Shown here one piece after another: positions 63,483 through 64,000 of a stretch of DNA of 64,000 nt; the stretch's first letter is position 1, and every line of letters begins with the position of its first letter. Both the position numbers and the translations under genes were made by a program. The notes under the pieces were generated by a model. It searched no databases. It was not told where the DNA came from and saw nothing but the letters and a program-made list of their open reading frames with translations. This DNA comes from Octopus sinensis (lineage: Eukaryota), in NCBI RefSeq assembly GCF_006345805.1, contig NC_043011.1:1550001-1614000 (forward strand), read 5' to 3'.

Positions 63483-63879
63483 TCATCATCATCATCATCA
63501 TTGTTCGACCGTGGTCGAGACAATGGAATTTACTATGTTATGCCAGACTTCACAGTCCATCATAGCATTACAGAGGTCCTGTTGCTGGATGCCTGTATCC
63601 CTGGAGATTACATCAGGGTAGAAGAGTGTGTGCCCTCTGGTATCGTGAACAGATGGCTTCCTGAGGAGAAGAGCAGAAATTGCCTCGTTTTCAGCTCTAC
63701 AACAATGTCCAGCAAACTGGACTCTTCTACCTTTCACAGGAGATGATACAGGTAGTAGTTTCCCATATATTTGTACTTTGGTTGGATGACGCTTCCACGA
63801 GAGATTTTGAGCTCTCATAAGGAGGCGAGTGTAAGTTCCATCCAACTGCCTCTCAAGCTTCTTTGATAACGTCCAGGTT
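63483..63879 (-). mobile_element. 5'-truncated RTE LINE, same family as 32729-33215
   Basis: TWTLSKKLERQLDGTYTRLLMRAQN; (TGA)n tail; cacactcat TSD. Confidence 0.9.
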
Positions 63880-64000
63880 ATCACACTCATACACACATAC
63901 ACACACATACATATCCACATGCTATCATGCACACATTAATGTATTTGTGTGTGTGTGAGAAAGGGTTCTGCGCAGTTTCTGCTTACCAAATTCACTTCCA

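Overview
AT-rich, microsatellite- and transposon-dense eukaryotic DNA, most likely an octopus (inferred from recognisable SINE/RTE families, not database-confirmed). No host protein-coding gene could be identified. There is one CpG-rich promoter-like island near 17.0 kb with a symmetric NRF1-ETS-ETS-NRF1 layout, plus a few low-confidence candidate exons. Almost all long ORFs are microsatellite artefacts or TE remnants: a young 5'-truncated CR1-group LINE (10.55-12.97 kb), many RTE fragments, RLE-type LINE remnants, a Penelope-like RT, hAT (Buster-like) and mariner relics, Helitron pieces, MITEs and three SINE types. The most striking structures are: (1) a ~1.7-kb spacer-less palindrome (8758-10474) with a hammerhead-ribozyme motif at each outer end; (2) further hammerhead-like motifs with palindromic stem III, two inside smaller fold-back elements; (3) a LINE-like 3' end encoding three tandem C2H2 fingers; (4) a near-identical ~0.9-kb inverted duplication of non-TE DNA; (5) a TSD-bounded RTE insertion with a 5' inversion (twin-priming signature) that later received a TSD-bounded SINE multimer. 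All coordinates and alignments were read by eye.
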